A stretch of DNA of 62,466 nt, filler included, from Dugesia japonica (GCA_001938525.1; 4 parts of 4 records of this genome joined end to end with filler, not necessarily neighbours in it), one strand, 5' to 3'. Shown: positions 10,142-23,573, numbered from the whole stretch's first letter. The notes: generated from the letters alone by a model not told the origin. Program-made: numbers and translations.

Positions 10142-13100
10142 TTAAATATTCGTTAAAAAAGTTAAATTAATATTTATGTTAAATAACTTCCATTACAATA
10201 TGGGCTGTTATTTATGCTATTGTAATAATATCTTTTATCATCATATGGATTTAAAGATATTATATTTTATTTTATTGTATAAACATTATGTAATTTCGTT
10301 CTAATATTATAATTGATATTATATTGTAAATTAACATTTTCTTTTCCTCTTTAATTCCCGATTCCTCTTTCTTATCTTCATGTATAAAACAATATGATTT
10401 TGATTTTAAAGCACAGAACTCTAACATCATTTGTCCTCTTAATTCATCTGTAAAATAACCAATTACTTTTTTATGTTTAGTTAAATCCTCTTGAGTTAAT
10501 TCTAATTCTCTTGCAACAGCGCTATCTATTTTATAATTACTATAGTCGAATATTTCTTTTAAATTCTTTTCTCTTATTTCTTTATATAAATCATCTGATT
10601 TAATATTTAACACCAAAGAATCAGTATCTGAATATATTGGTGTGATATCTAATTTAGGATTTAATTCTTCATAAAATGTTTTATACATATGTAACTTTGA
10701 TAATTTTAATATAACAAATCCTATATAAATTGGTTTATTCATTTGTATTTGTTGCTTTGTAAAGTGANNNNNNNNNNNNNNNNNNNNNNNNNNNNNNNNN
10801 NNNNNNNNNNNNNNNNNNNNNNNNNNNNNNNNNNNNNNNNNNNNNNNNNNNNNNNNNNNNNNNNNNNNNNNNNNNNNNNNNNNNNNNNNNNNNNNNNNNN
10901 NNNNNNNNNNNNNNNNNNNNNNNNNNNNNNNNNNNNNNNNNNNNNNNNNNNNNNNNNNNNNNNNNNAATCTATATAATCTTTCAACCATGGTTTTTCTCT
11001 AAATGAAACTACTTCGTGTATCTTTGTTACAACCATTCCTTTTTGAAGATAATATTCTAGATTTTTCCAATATGCTATAAAATTCGTTTCTGGATTTAAA
11101 TCTAAAACTAATTTTTCTGTCTCAACAAACTTTTGTTTTGATTGATTTAATAAATTTATTTGATAATTAGATAATTCATTTATATTTATCTTTCTTTTTT
11201 CTGGAGCTAATGGATATTTCTTATTAGCCACTTTTGATGCGTCATCTTTATATTGTAAATCAACTTTAAAAGCATAACCAAAATTAAACTCGTTATTATG
11301 TATTTCTTTTGCTTTATTAAACATAAACGATAATGTTTGCATTGGATTTTGATTCATTTTATCAATTGCTTCTCTTTCAGCTTGCTCAAAATAAAAAATT
11401 AGATTCTAACTTTTCTTTTAGTTTAGTCGTATTTTCTCCTTTTATCTTAAAATCATTTAATATATTTTGAAATTCTATTTCATCGTGATATTTATAATAT
11501 TCAAAATCTTCATTAGTATATTTATTATTTGGTTTAACATATCTATCTCCTAATACCGTAGAAATTCCTCCTCTTATTCCTCTTTCAAAGAATTCTAATA
11601 ATTTCTGTGTTTGTAATAAATCTAATGAAATACCTGTATGTTTTAAACCATTTTTCCATGTTAAAGCAGAAGCAGAGATAAAATAAGCTGGATCTAATTC
11701 ATTTATGCTTATAAATTTTTCGATTGCGTCAGGCATAATATATACATCCACCTTATTATATAGAATTGTATAATCATGGAAATTTTGACATCTAAAGATT
11801 CGATAAACGTCTTTACATCTTTTATATTCTTCTTCTGATATTCCTTTTCCGTGTAATGCTGAATAAAACGATTCAATTGGTAGAGGAAAGGATCCTCCAT
11901 TTATATCATAATATTTTAATGGATTATCAATCCACTCGTATGGATATATTACTTTTTGCTTAATTAAGTCAAATAAACCATCGGGGAAACTAATTCGAGA
12001 ATTGCCGATTCTATATTTAATCATCCGCCTGCATTATTAGTTATTTTTGTATTTATAGGATTACCGATAATATCATTCGTTGTATTTCTTAAAGTTAAAC
12101 TTATAATGTCTGGAGTTAATCTAGCTGATTCTTCTTTACAAAAATTATACAATATTTTACTTTCTTCTTTTGTTAAGGATTTTGATATTCCCACTATTGA
12201 GTTTTGCAACCTCCGATAACTATCTAAAAATCTCACTTTTCCCATTGTAACTGACATGTAATTCTCTTCTGTTTTAGGAATTATACATATTTCATCTACT
12301 CGTCCATTTAATCTAGTTTGTTTTGCTAATTCTTTTATAATTAAATGAAAATCATATCCACTTCCNTTATGAAAGTATATTGGTAAAAATAAATTCTTCA
12401 AACTTAGATTTAAGTTACAGCTATTATGTGCCGCTCCTCTATTTTTTCCATCAAAGTGGTCGTGGTCTAATACCTTATCAACGCATAACGGTTTTTCACA
12501 AATCCAACAGTCGGAAGAATTAGTGTAATTAATTAAATCCTCATTTGTTGGATTTGCTGGTATTTGGTTTTTTAAAAATAATTCAAGTGTGTTATTCATC
12601 CTGTTTTCTATTCCGATCACAAATTTAATAAATTCTTCCATACAATTAGATCCATTGAAAACTTTAGTATAATCTTTCACTAATTCCTGATATGAAGATT
12701 TGAAATAAATAGTAATTGTATATGGGAAACGGGTATTAACTTCTATCTGTAGTAATAACTCTCGGTGTTTTAGGCAGATACGACTCAATATCGGCATAAA
12801 TTACAAATGGTTGTTTTAACTTATAATGAAATTGCGTAAACTTTAGATTGGACATTCTTTCATATTTATGTTTCAGTTTTGTGTCTTTTTCGAGTAACTC
12901 CCTTCTTCTTAAAGGTTGCTAGCATTGATTATATTCTTTTATAGCATCATTTAACTGATTTTTTATATCAACCGGAAAAATTAATCTAGATTTATTATCA
13001 ATTGACTCNNNNNNNNNNNNNNNNNNNNNNNNNNNNNNNNNNNNNNNNNNNNNNNNNNNNNNNNNNNNNNNNNNNNNNNNNNNNNNNNNNNNNNNNNNNN

Positions 13101-14213
13101 NNNNNNNNNNNNNNNNNNNNNNNNNNNNNNNNNNNNNNNNNNNNNNNNNNNNNNNNNNNNNNNNNNNNNNNNNNNNNNNNNNNNNNNNNNTATTATTACA
13201 ATCGGGTTCGCAATATCTATAACTGTTATTATTATTGTATTGTTCATGAAAATTATTTAAAACCTCATATTGGCAACCTTTAGTTTTCACTTCGTAATTC
13301 GAAATATGCAAAGGTGTTGTTATATAACTTTTCGATGTGTTACATCATTTTCAAGCAGCTTTTGATTTATTTCAAGAACATTTATTGAAATATTAAATAG
13401 TTTTTCTAAAATGTTAAACTTATTTATTGGAAAACCTGTCTTCATTATTTGATTTAAATTTATACCATTTTCCATTAATACATTAGGATTTATTGCTTTA
13501 AAATATTTTGAATAATATTCAAATACACTTTTATGATGTGATTCATCCGGTTGGGGAAATAAATATGCAATTATATGCCAAAATACACAGAAATTATCTC
13601 TCGTTTTAATATTTATAATTGAGTTAGATCTAAATGGGAAATTTAAAATGTGGCCTCCATGTAGAAATTTAACTCTAATATATTCTAATGGAATATCTTA
13701 AAAACCTATTATTCTCCAATTGCTTCCTTGTAAACTGTTCATTTTACTGTCAAATACATTATTTAAACTTATATACATTTGTTCATAATTATTTTCACTA
13801 TTATTAAAACAAATTAAAGGATGCAACTGAATTAATATATCCTGTTCTAAAGTATTTCTATTTTCTATCTCTTCATTAATTAATAAATCGTCTCTTTTCA
13901 TAAAAAGAGTGCAAGAGACAATAGATTTGAATTTTTTGTATGGACAATGCTCTATCTTATCTTTGATTATATTTTCATAAATCGACAAATAGCCGTTTAT
14001 GTCGTCCATCTGAATAAAATCATGTGTTATTGTTTCTTTAAAATAATATGGATGGACATTTATTACATTTAATCTATTAATTTTCGGTTCTTCCCTATTA
14101 CGTCTTCTTACTTTTGCCCGTTTTAAATGAGGGGATGATCTATTTATACTATTTCTATTTCTCCTTATAATTGGGAGTGAATTGCTATTATTATTTCTTC
14201 GTAACGCCGGCAT
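10142..14213 (-). pseudogene. Protein-primed family B DNA polymerase (Polinton type) with endonuclease VII-like Zn/His-Me domain, disrupted
   Basis: Ordered motifs QGSNW, INIKTRDNFCVFW, CWIC...DHDHFDGKNRGAAHNSCNL, FHxGSGYDFH, FLDSY, YPYEW, YNKVDV, LDPAYF, GIRGGIS, KPIYIGF, YSDTDS, LKSKSY, LNPYDDKR. Multiple frameshifts; the motif A region is missing near 11386. Confidence 0.93.
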
Positions 14214-14291
14214 GTCTTTTTTTTATTATATAAATAACTTTTTATAATTATTTATCTTGTTTATTAGAAATAATGTAAATTTTATTAAAAA

Positions 14292-14537
14292 GTGCAGTAG
14301 TTTTAAAATGGGCGTAATGAACCTTGAACCGTTTTTTTCATTTTTGAGCCGTTTTCTAAATAATATCTCTCATTTATTGAAATTTTCAAATTTTATTAGA
14401 ATTTTTCCAATTTAAAACGCTTTTTACCTTTTTTCACTCTTTTGGATAGAAAAGCCATAAAAGTGATCATTTTGACTACGGCGAAAAAATGAAAAAAACG
14501 GGAAGGGGTTCATTACGCCCATTTTAATACTACTCAC
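14292..14537. repeat. Imperfect inverted repeat (~60-bp arms) just upstream of the pPolB start
   Basis: AGTAGTTTTAAAATGGGCGTAATGAACC...CCGTTTTTTTCATTTTT (14296-14345) is mirrored by 14478-14534. Confidence 0.8.
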
Positions 14538-16079
14538 AAATTGAAACACATCTTCAAACACCCCCCCCCGAGGAGCTCGATAACTAATAACCCTGTGATA
14601 TGATTTTTGCCATGTGTTATCGTGGATCATTCATAAAAAGATGGAAAAAAATTTTAAAAATATTTTAAAAATAATTTTTAAAAAAATTAAAAAAATAAAA
14701 AAAGTTTTAAAAAAGATTATTAAAAAAAATTTCAAAAGAAAAGAGAAAAGAAAATAAAAAAGAAAAAGGAAAGAAAGAAACTATCAAAATATCTGATCCG
14801 ATCAGAAATCCGATCAAAACTCATAAATCCTAGATGGCTAGTAACGTATCCAGTTTAGATGAGCGCACAAACACAATGATCCTTGCTAAAAAAATTAATA
14901 TTTTGTTTTAATCAATCGGGAAAATAAAAATAAAATTTAAATTTCCAGCAAAAATATTTACAAATTAAAACAAAACTACATCTCCTCGCAACCAATCATC
15001 AACCGACTAATCAAATCAAACAAAATTCATACACAAATTCGAACACCTCCACCCCCGAGGGGGGTGCACGATAACAGATTTGTGTTTATGCGATCACATC
15101 TCCCTACTGGTTTTGTAAGATATAATAAAATGGAACAACAACAGAAAACGACAAAGTATTTCTTCTGCCATCATAGAGCGTTTTTAAACCTGGACTTAAT
15201 TAAGTCCTCTAAATTCGTTCAAATCAAATTGGCTTTTTCTTGATTAGTCGAAGAAAATAAAAATTGTAGTCTAAAATTTGATAAAATATAAATCTGTTAT
15301 CCGTCTTGTTTAATGTTCAAAAATATTTTGTAAGAAAAATATAAATACTTTAAATTTAACTTTCGAATAATTATACCATTTAAAAGCGATNAAAATTAAT
15401 TTTAACTTTAAAAAAATTAAAAAATTTATTAATAAACAAAGCCCTTACTAAACCTTAGATTAAATTTATTAAACTTTAGAGTGTAATAAATAATAATCAA
15501 TAATAAAATAATAATAAAGATAATATTTGTTAAATATATAACAATTATATAACAATCATATTTGTATATATTGAGATCAGATGTAGCAATTACCCAAGTA
15601 CCAGTTGGCAATCACCACACAATTAAACATATATCAGTTTACTCAGACATACAAACCATCATACTAAATAATAACGGGTATTTAACTTGGATTACATTAA
15701 TTAGCAACATTTATTATTATTATTATTATTATTATTAAGTTTCGAAAAAACAAGTTTTTCATTTTCGGTTGATATAGCCAAATTAATAAATTGATGATTT
15801 GGCTACAATAATCCGTTGATGCGTGAAATGAAATTGGCAAAATTATAATAATAAATATTAATAATTACTTAATTAATAATTATAAATTGCAATTATAATT
15901 GTAAGGATAAATTAAATTTAGAGATAAATTTTTTGAGATTTCAACTTCGATTTTTATAATTTGAAAATAAACTAAATCGTTAAAACTCTGATTAAAATAT
16001 ATTTGAGATTTTAAAATATTTTTAAAAAACTGTTTTTTGTAATACTTCGTAATTAAATATTTATTGTTTGTACAATTAA

Positions 16080-16519
16080 CCCTTTCACTAACGGCATATC
16101 CAATTAGATACACTTGAATTTCCCGATATCATTTTAAAGGGTTTAATGCAGCCAATCTTATGCATAAGTGGTTTTGATTTCAAATTGTTCACACAAAAAG
16201 TTATGAGTTTTAGTGCACAGTAATGTGTAAATGGAATATCGTTGTGTTTCCCTGAGTGCTTTAAAGTTTATCATACAGTCGTAAACTATGAAAGATTATA
16301 ACAACCAACCAGAACGAACAACTATATACTCAAATTGTGAAAAATTAAAATTAATATTTGATTTTCTATTGAATTTTATTTGTTAAGAATAAATAATTTT
16401 TCAAAATTCTGTAAAGTTTGCGCTATCTTTATGAAAAAAAAAATTTTATTCCAAACTTTGTTAAGTAAACCTAATGTATTATTTAAGATAAAAAAATGCA
16501 CTCGGCGGGAGTGAAAGGG
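16080..16519. mobile_element. Non-autonomous piggyBac-type MITE
   Basis: TIR CCCTTTCACT / AGTGAAAGGG, flanked on both sides by TTAA (16076-16079, 16520-16523). Confidence 0.8.
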
Positions 16520-16860
16520 TTAATGGTAAATCAAATTTTGATTGCAATTTTCATTCAGACATAAAATCAGCAGCTCTTGAACCTAAAATAAAGTTTTCGC
16601 ACCCCTCTAAAATGGGTTAGTATCTTTATTAAAAAATTATATTTATTTCAATATAATATTTTTCTGAAAATAAGATAGGCCAACAATGAATATTCAAAAT
16701 AATATCAATTTTTTAATGTCTACTTTACTGCTATTTTTAGATTAATGTGTCAATGCTATTAATCTTTTTTTACAGTGATAAATGTTGTATGGATTTCAAC
16801 GAAATATTTTTGAATAAACTTCAACTGTTGTAATTATAAATATTAAACTCAATTACCTGG

Positions 16861-17400
16861 CCGTAAATTTTAGATTATAAATTGCATACGAATAAGACCC
16901 TCGCTTAAAAGAACCAACCTAATATCATTAAAAAATATTTCGTTTCTATTAAAATCTTATCAAAATTCACAAAAAAATTTATTTCGTTATATTAAGAACT
17001 ATCATTGTTGAACTTATTAAAATCCTCACTATATGATGGAAGAAATTTTCAAAAAAATCCAAACAATTCATTATATCTGCTATGTTCATGTCAAACCGAA
17101 ATACATCATTACTTGAAGTTCTATTCTTTCTATTTCGTATTTCTCTGTCTTAAATAGCTCTATTTTAAGGCAGAATTTTACATTTTCTAAAACCATTTTT
17201 ATGTTTAAAGCAGTTATTTTATTCAACAATGAAAATATCCTCTCAGTAACCTCAAAATACTCGTGCTTGTCAGTCTGTATTTTTTCATGCTATAAAATCA
17301 CTTTCCCATTCAACTCCTAACAAATCTTTAAATGGTTTCTTAACAGAAATATCTAATAACTGATTGTTTGAATTTTCGAAATTTATCTTTACTATTTTTA
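16861..17400 (-). mobile_element. Possible pogo-like transposon remnant
   Basis: Minus-strand LLDISVKKPFKD resembles the pogo QPLDVSVNKPFK motif; CCGTAAAT-like end at 16861. Confidence 0.35.
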
Positions 17401-17919
17401 TAAATGCAAATAGCCTATGGTTAAAATATAGTTAATTTAGAAATAATGACGATAATCAAAAGACGATCATTTGGAGGATCTAGTTATGATACAAATCTAT
17501 CAATTTTGAGGAAGTTTACCAATTTAACTTTGAGTAAATGGAATATAAAGATACAGATGTTTCAGTATTTTTATTGAAATAACACTGAACTTTTTTGTAA
17601 CAGTAATGCCTTAATTTATGGTGATAATAGTGTTTTACTTTTTTGGTAATAGTAACTGTCAGGATAAGTAAATGAATATTTTAAGTTTTAATTTTTTAAA
17701 TTAATTAGAAATTAATTTGAATAACTAAAAAAGTTGTTTGAATATTCAGAGGGATTGGCAAAAGATCAAAAAATAAAAGAGAAGCAAATAATTATTAAAA
17801 ACCGGAATTTAATAACTTTTTGTGAAATAAATATTTTATATGATGACGGACTCTTTTCTGAATGAGCACGTATGTTTTGTTTCTAATAGTAACTTTGATG
17901 ATTTTAATTGTGGAGGTAT

Positions 17920-18132
17920 CAGTGGCGTAGCGAGGATAACTGTACTCGAGGCACAATACCTATTTTGCGCCCCCCATCCTCCGAAAACTAGAAAAACATT
18001 AAGCAGTAATTAATTAATTAAGTTAAAAATTATTTTTTTGTATGCAGAAAACTTTGTTTGTCTTGGGGATTATTTAGCACTTTTCTTCAAGTAGAGCCCC
18101 GGTCATGATATACCCCCTTCACTACGCCACTA
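17920..18132. mobile_element. hAT-like MITE
   Basis: TIR CAGTGGCGTAG / CTACGCCACTA; TSD not preserved. Confidence 0.6.
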
Positions 18133-18289
18133 GAAAAATGATGACATCAATCCTGTGGAATTACATGAGATTTTTAAAATAAAGTCAAAATAAATAAAAT
18201 AATTTAATATGATAAATAAGGGTTCTGCATTTCACTGCATACTAATCGATATAATGAACTAGAATATAAATCAACACAAACATGTATCT

Positions 18290-18470
18290 CAGAGATATTT
18301 CTGACGAAACCAATCTGGAGACGGATAGTTAAATTGTGTTGATGTTTCTAAAGATATGTTTGAACGAGTGAATCCAACATTCGTCCGATGTATTATTACT
18401 GAAGACGAGACTTGGATTTACGATTTTAATATGTTAACTAAACAACAGGGTAGTGAATTGTGTGTTACAA
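18290..18470 (+). mobile_element. Mariner transposase fragment
   Basis: CIITEDETWIYDF...TKQQGSEL corresponds to the mariner ITGDETW first-Asp motif; cut by the contig end. Confidence 0.65.
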
Positions 18471-18570
18471 NNNNNNNNNNNNNNNNNNNNNNNNNNNNNN
18501 NNNNNNNNNNNNNNTTAATTAATTAANNNNNNNNNNNNNNNNNNNNNNNNNNNNNNNNNNNNNNNNNNNN
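18471..18570. other. Artificial contig linker (44N-TTAATTAATTAA-44N)
   Basis: Exactly 100 nt with a six-frame stop core; identical at 40061 and 52996. Confidence 0.95.
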
Positions 18571-18848
18571 ATAAATTTAATTTTTACGAAATTTGAAATG
18601 AAAATGAAAACTATTCCACTAATTATTTAATTACAATTATATTTATCAAAATCAAGAGTTCAATATTCTTAAAAGTTTTAAANNNNNNNNNNNNNNNNNN
18701 NNNNNNNNNNNNNNNNNNNNNNNNNNNNNNNNNNNNNNNNNNNNNNNNNNNNNNNNNNNNNNNNNNNNNNNNNNNNNNNNNNNNNNNNNNNNNNNNNNNN
18801 NNNNNNNNNNNNNNNNNNNNNNNNNNNNNNNNNNNNNNNNNNNNNNNN

Positions 18849-18906
<58 letters not shown>

Positions 18907-19082
18907 TTAATAATAAATAAAAGTTGATTTAAAATAAATAACTCGTTTATGTTATTTTATATTAAAAATACACCAAAAAGATATTATCAAAATAGGTATT
19001 AATGAGAATAATTAATAAATATACAAAATATTTTGCCGTCAAAAATAAATATTGAATTTTTTATTTTATTTTAGTCAATCTA

Positions 19083-20561
19083 ATGAACAGTCCAACTGGT
19101 ATATCAGATAATCACGTAGAACTATCGGATAGCCGAAATGAAATGCAAAATGACGTAAAGAAATTTAATGTTAGCGAAAATAAGATCAAATTGTGCAATG
19201 TATTATCGATTTGGCATGTGCTAGTACTACTTGGAACTGCATTTGGTACTTTAATTGAAGGACTAGTCCCTCATAGTTTTGGAACTTTGATAGCTCACTT
19301 TAAATCGATAAATAATACTGAATATCCTTCTTTCTATAGTGCATCTCAATTTCAGTTAAACTGGTTACCAGCTTTATCAAGTGCATTTCCTAGTATTTTA
19401 TTGCCAATTTTTGTTATAATTGTTCAAAGATATTCAAAGTTTTATCAAGTAGTCTCCATTTTCGGTTTCTTACTTGTAGCATTAAGCTGTTGCTTAAGTT
19501 CGTTTGTAACGACTTGGCCAATCTTGTTCATAACATACAGTATAATTTATTCAGTTGGTGCTTCTCTATTTCTATCAGTCGTAATAATTATCACTGCTGA
19601 ATACTTTCCCCTTGAACACAAATGTCACGTTTTAGCAACAAGTCTCTATCAAATTGGTTATCCTCTTGCTGCATTGATTGGAAATCCTATCCTCGCTAAA
19701 TTAATTCAAAAATATGAATGGCAAGTTTCATTAAGAATTATAGCTGGGATACAAACAGTGCTGGGTGTGACGATTTCTTGTTTTATGAAACCTTTGTTTA
19801 ATAAAGGTATTTTCAATAATAATAATAATAGTAATAATAATTGCAATACTAATTATGATTGTCAAAACGACGATTATGATTCAGCAAATGGGAAAACAAA
19901 TGAAGGAGTACCATGTAATAATAGATCTTTTTCATCAATGATTTTAAGTAGTTTAACTTCTAAATTTCAAATTTTTACTTGGCTTTTTGGGAAATACATA
20001 AATTATATGTGTTGGTATGGTTTGAGAACAAATGTAGTAACATATCTAGTAAAGTCCACATCGTTTGGATTGACAAATTCTGCCTCGTTGATGTCTGTTT
20101 ACGCTGCATCAGAAATAGTTATAGCTATTTTAGCATCATTTTGTGGAGATTACTTTCGAGGGTGGCTGATTCCTATTCATATTCTTTCTGCTTTTCTTCT
20201 ATCAATTTTGACCGGAATTTATTTTGTAGTATTGAATAGTTATCTCAGTGCGGTTTTACTAATGATCGGGATTGGTTTCTCTATTCAATTATCATTAAGC
20301 TTCGGATATCCAGCTTCTGTTGAAGTATGGAGTTCAAAGATGGATATAAAAGTTGGATGGGTATTAACTAACGTTGCTGCAGGATTAGGTATAATCACTA
20401 GTCCATTAATCAGTGGCATATTAATGGATAAATCTGGAATGAAATCATTATTTTATGCTCAGTGCACTGGTTGGTTGTTACAACTTGTTTTATATACAGT
20501 TACATTTTTGATTATGAAATCAAAGCAATCGCCATCATCATATGAAAGAATTGATGAGTAA
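19083..20561 (+). CDS. MFS transporter, monocarboxylate transporter (SLC16)-like, 492 aa, single coding exon
   Basis: About 12 hydrophobic segments in a 6+6 arrangement with a central loop; SLC16-like W in TM1, LFITYSII, AEYF, YEWQVSLRIIAG, SPLISGILMD; splice acceptor just before the ATG. Confidence 0.88.
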   Translation: MNSPTGISDNHVELSDSRNEMQNDVKKFNVSENKIKLCNVLSIWHVLVLLGTAFGTLIEGLVPHSFGTLIAHFKSINNTEYPSFYSASQFQLNWLPALSSAFPSILLPIFVIIVQRYSKFYQVVSIFGFLLVALSCCLSSFVTTWPILFITYSIIYSVGASLFLSVVIIITAEYFPLEHKCHVLATSLYQIGYPLAALIGNPILAKLIQKYEWQVSLRIIAGIQTVLGVTISCFMKPLFNKGIFNNNNNSNNNCNTNYDCQNDDYDSANGKTNEGVPCNNRSFSSMILSSLTSKFQIFTWLFGKYINYMCWYGLRTNVVTYLVKSTSFGLTNSASLMSVYAASEIVIAILASFCGDYFRGWLIPIHILSAFLLSILTGIYFVVLNSYLSAVLLMIGIGFSIQLSLSFGYPASVEVWSSKMDIKVGWVLTNVAAGLGIITSPLISGILMDKSGMKSLFYAQCTGWLLQLVLYTVTFLIMKSKQSPSSYERIDE

Positions 20562-21376
20562 AAATCTGTATTTATTGAGTTTCTTAAGACATCACTAAAA
20601 GAAACTAAGATTTCTATTTTTGTTGAATTATGAAATAAAATGTTTCATANNTTGTCATATGTTTAATTCTTTTATAAAACGTATTTTATTAATACTAGTA
20701 AATTTTATGACAATATTACTATTATTAATATTATTTTATTTTTGTTTGCCTAGTTCGATTTATTTCAATTTTAATTAATTATTTTTGATTTTAGCATGAT
20801 TTTTAAAATTTCGCAAGCATTTTTTGTTTTTTAATTATTTTTAAAATTATTTGAAATTTATATATGAATTTTCCTTTTGTTTCAATATTGCTATTGTATT
20901 TATTTTTGAATAGATTTTTTTTAATTTCCAAAAAACAATAATAAATAAGACATACATAATAACAAATTCATGATTATAAATATACAATGATAATGAAGAA
21001 CATAAAATTTTAATTAAATAATAATAAAGTAGTGTCATTTCATTAAACTATACACTAAATTTTGAGTGTAACATCGACTGGTTGCTGTAAATTGATTCTA
21101 TTATAATATATTTCATCCTGTAACTAATGATACAGTTAATCAATTTAATCCAAATAATCCAATACACATTATTTGCACAGATTATTAAGGGTTATACAAA
21201 TTTCGTTAAGAAAAATACACAAAGTTTATCAATTTACATAAACATTTCGATAAAATATAGCTCAATTTCATTATCACATATGCAAACTTTATTGGCTCCT
21301 TTAAAGATATTCAAATTTCATTAATTTACATAAAATTTTCCTACAAATATAAACTATTTGCATTAATTCGTATATA

Positions 21377-22707
21377 CAGTCCGTTTGAAAAGTCTGTTCG
21401 CACCCATGTAAATTCATAAGTCGATACGTATTTATAATTTTTTTTCAATTTGTTTTAGTAATGTAAATTGCAAAATATAGTAAATAATATTTTTAAAAAT
21501 GTTATAAATTTTTATTAAATATATATAATATTATATGACACATTTTAGATATAATGAATAATCAAAACGTCCTGATGAAGCACAGAATAATAATTGTGGA
21601 ATTGATGATGGAAGGGTATAGTACTTGATCAATAAAGTAAATAATGACGGACAGGCGTCATATTGATGTGTCAAAGCGTGGCATTCAAAAAATTGTCCAT
21701 AAATACAAGACCGAAGGAATGTATATGGATCGGAAACGCAGTGGAAGACCACTGAAATTATCAATAAGGCCAAACAGATTAATTCAACGCGTATGCCTGA
21801 AAAATAGAAGCATTTCGTTAACGGAAATAGTACGCACTTGTAACATTGATCGCATTCAACATGTGTCCAGATGCACAGTTCACCGCATTCTCAATAAGTA
21901 TGGATTAAGAAGTCATCCGGCTGTTAGCAAGCCGTTGGTCAATGATAAGCAAAGGAAAAGAAGATTGCAATTGGCGATATCTAAACATCAATGGGATGTT
22001 GATAGATGGGCACATGTTGTCTTCAGTGATAAATCAATATTTCGCACATATAATCATAGTCGCTCCCAAAGAATTAGGCGGTTTCAACATGAAAGATTAA
22101 GTCATATTTGTACTAAGAAGTTTATTCAATATGGTGTGCAAATCCATGTTTGGGGATGCTTTTTACGATTCGGTGTAGGCATATTTGTAATGAATACAGG
22201 GTACATTGGATTCTGCAACCTATCAAAACAAGATTGTCAATGAAATGGACGTAGTTGGAAAGAGCTTGGTCCTCCTTCTGCGTAGGTTCATATTGCAGCA
22301 TGACAATGCTCTTTTCCATCGATCTGCATCAACATTATCTTTTCTCAGTGAACGTCAAATCGATATATTAAATTGGACTGCAAATTCTCCTCATGCCGAT
22401 CCGATTGGAAATTTGTGATATTTCATAAAAATTTAAATGAATGCCTTGGGACCTCTGAATGCTGATGAAATATGGGCGAGTTACAAAAGATATTGGATAA
22501 TATACCCACTTCTTTATTTCGCAGACTCGTTGATTCCATGCCACGAAGAGTGTTTTCTATTATCAAGATGAAAGGATACCCAAGAAAATATTAATAAACT
22601 TACTATCATTTGTAAATATAATGTTTCTTTGTTTTCCATTGGCTTTTAAACGAATTTTCTGTAATTTTTGTAATTTACATAGGTGCGAACAGACCTTTGA
22701 AACGGAC
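21377..22707 (+). mobile_element. Tc1-like transposon, near full length, frameshifted transposase (21644-22594)
   Basis: TIR CAGTCCGTTTGAAAAGTCTGTTCGCACC after TA, mirrored at 22672-22707; motifs RSGRP, VVFSD, VWGCF, LQHDNA, WTANSP, PIGNL, SMPRR, GYPRKY. Confidence 0.93.
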
Positions 22708-23150
22708 NNNNNNNNNNNNNNNNNNNNNNNNNNNNNNNNNNNNAAGATGTAAACAAATTTATAATAATTTATAGACTAGATTCCTTAAGACTTATAAAAT
22801 ATAGACTAAACTTTTACAAGACAAGCACATTTCTTTAATAAATAAAGAATTTTAATAGATTTGCATAAAAATTCAATAAATATACATTAAGTTCAAGACG
22901 TCCATACCGTTTTCATAAAAATATATATAAATCTTATTTATTTAAAATTCAATAAGTAATGTATAAACATATACAATTTTATTAAACATATACCAATTCC
23001 ATTAGTTGACTTAAAACTTTCGTAAAAATAAACATAACATACACATAAACATCACGTCACGTTATTAAGAATTATAGTGACTACATTAAAATATATAACA
23101 ATGTATAATAATATAATATAATACAATTAATCAATATAACCAATATAAAC

Positions 23151-23466
23151 TGTGAGTGAGTTTTGCAAAGCGAGTTGAAAATTTTGTGTGGTTGGTGACC
23201 ATTTTTGATAAAATCTTGTTATTTAAAAATATTTTAATTTTAGATTAAAATTTAAATAACGTATGAATATTTGTTTTAAAATTTTAAATGACGATTTAAT
23301 AATAAAGTAAAAATGTTGTGTTAAATTTAATATTTGAAAAGTGATCACCTATTAAAACGTTTGATTTTAATTGTTTTAAATAAACAAATAGTGTTTGATA
23401 TAGTTTTGTTTTGTGAATAAATTTTCTATGGAATTTGACTGATGAGTACTTCAAACTCGTCTAACA
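23151..23466 (+). mobile_element. Solo LTR of the Gypsy family
   Basis: TGTGAG...CTAACA with a perfect 5-bp TSD TAAAC (23146-23150, 23467-23471); similar to the LTR at 677-1191. Confidence 0.88.
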
Positions 23467-23573
23467 TAAACTATTCACAAAGGTAACATAATATATGCAA
23501 TAATTCAGAAGAACCTATTATCTCTTTTACAACAAATGGATTTTAATACAATTATTTAGTATAATACATCAAA

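Larger units (their letters stand above)
7131..15108. mobile_element. Decayed Polinton/Maverick-like (pPolB-encoding) endogenous viral element, left part missing
   Basis: Protein-primed PolB on minus; densely packed intronless AAAAATG-initiated ORFs converging at ~9230; GC-richer non-coding right end finishing ...CCCTACT (reads AGTAGGG on minus, like AG-starting Polinton termini). No integrase, capsid or ATPase visible. Confidence 0.75.

Noticed and set aside
18515-18526. Recurrent TTAATTAATTAA palindrome as a biological motif
   Set aside because: Always centred in exactly 44+44 N; a synthetic linker.
23438-23466. CTGATGAG followed by a hairpin, resembling a hammerhead
   Set aside because: No GAAA after the stem and no stem I/III; it is the LTR U5 hairpin.
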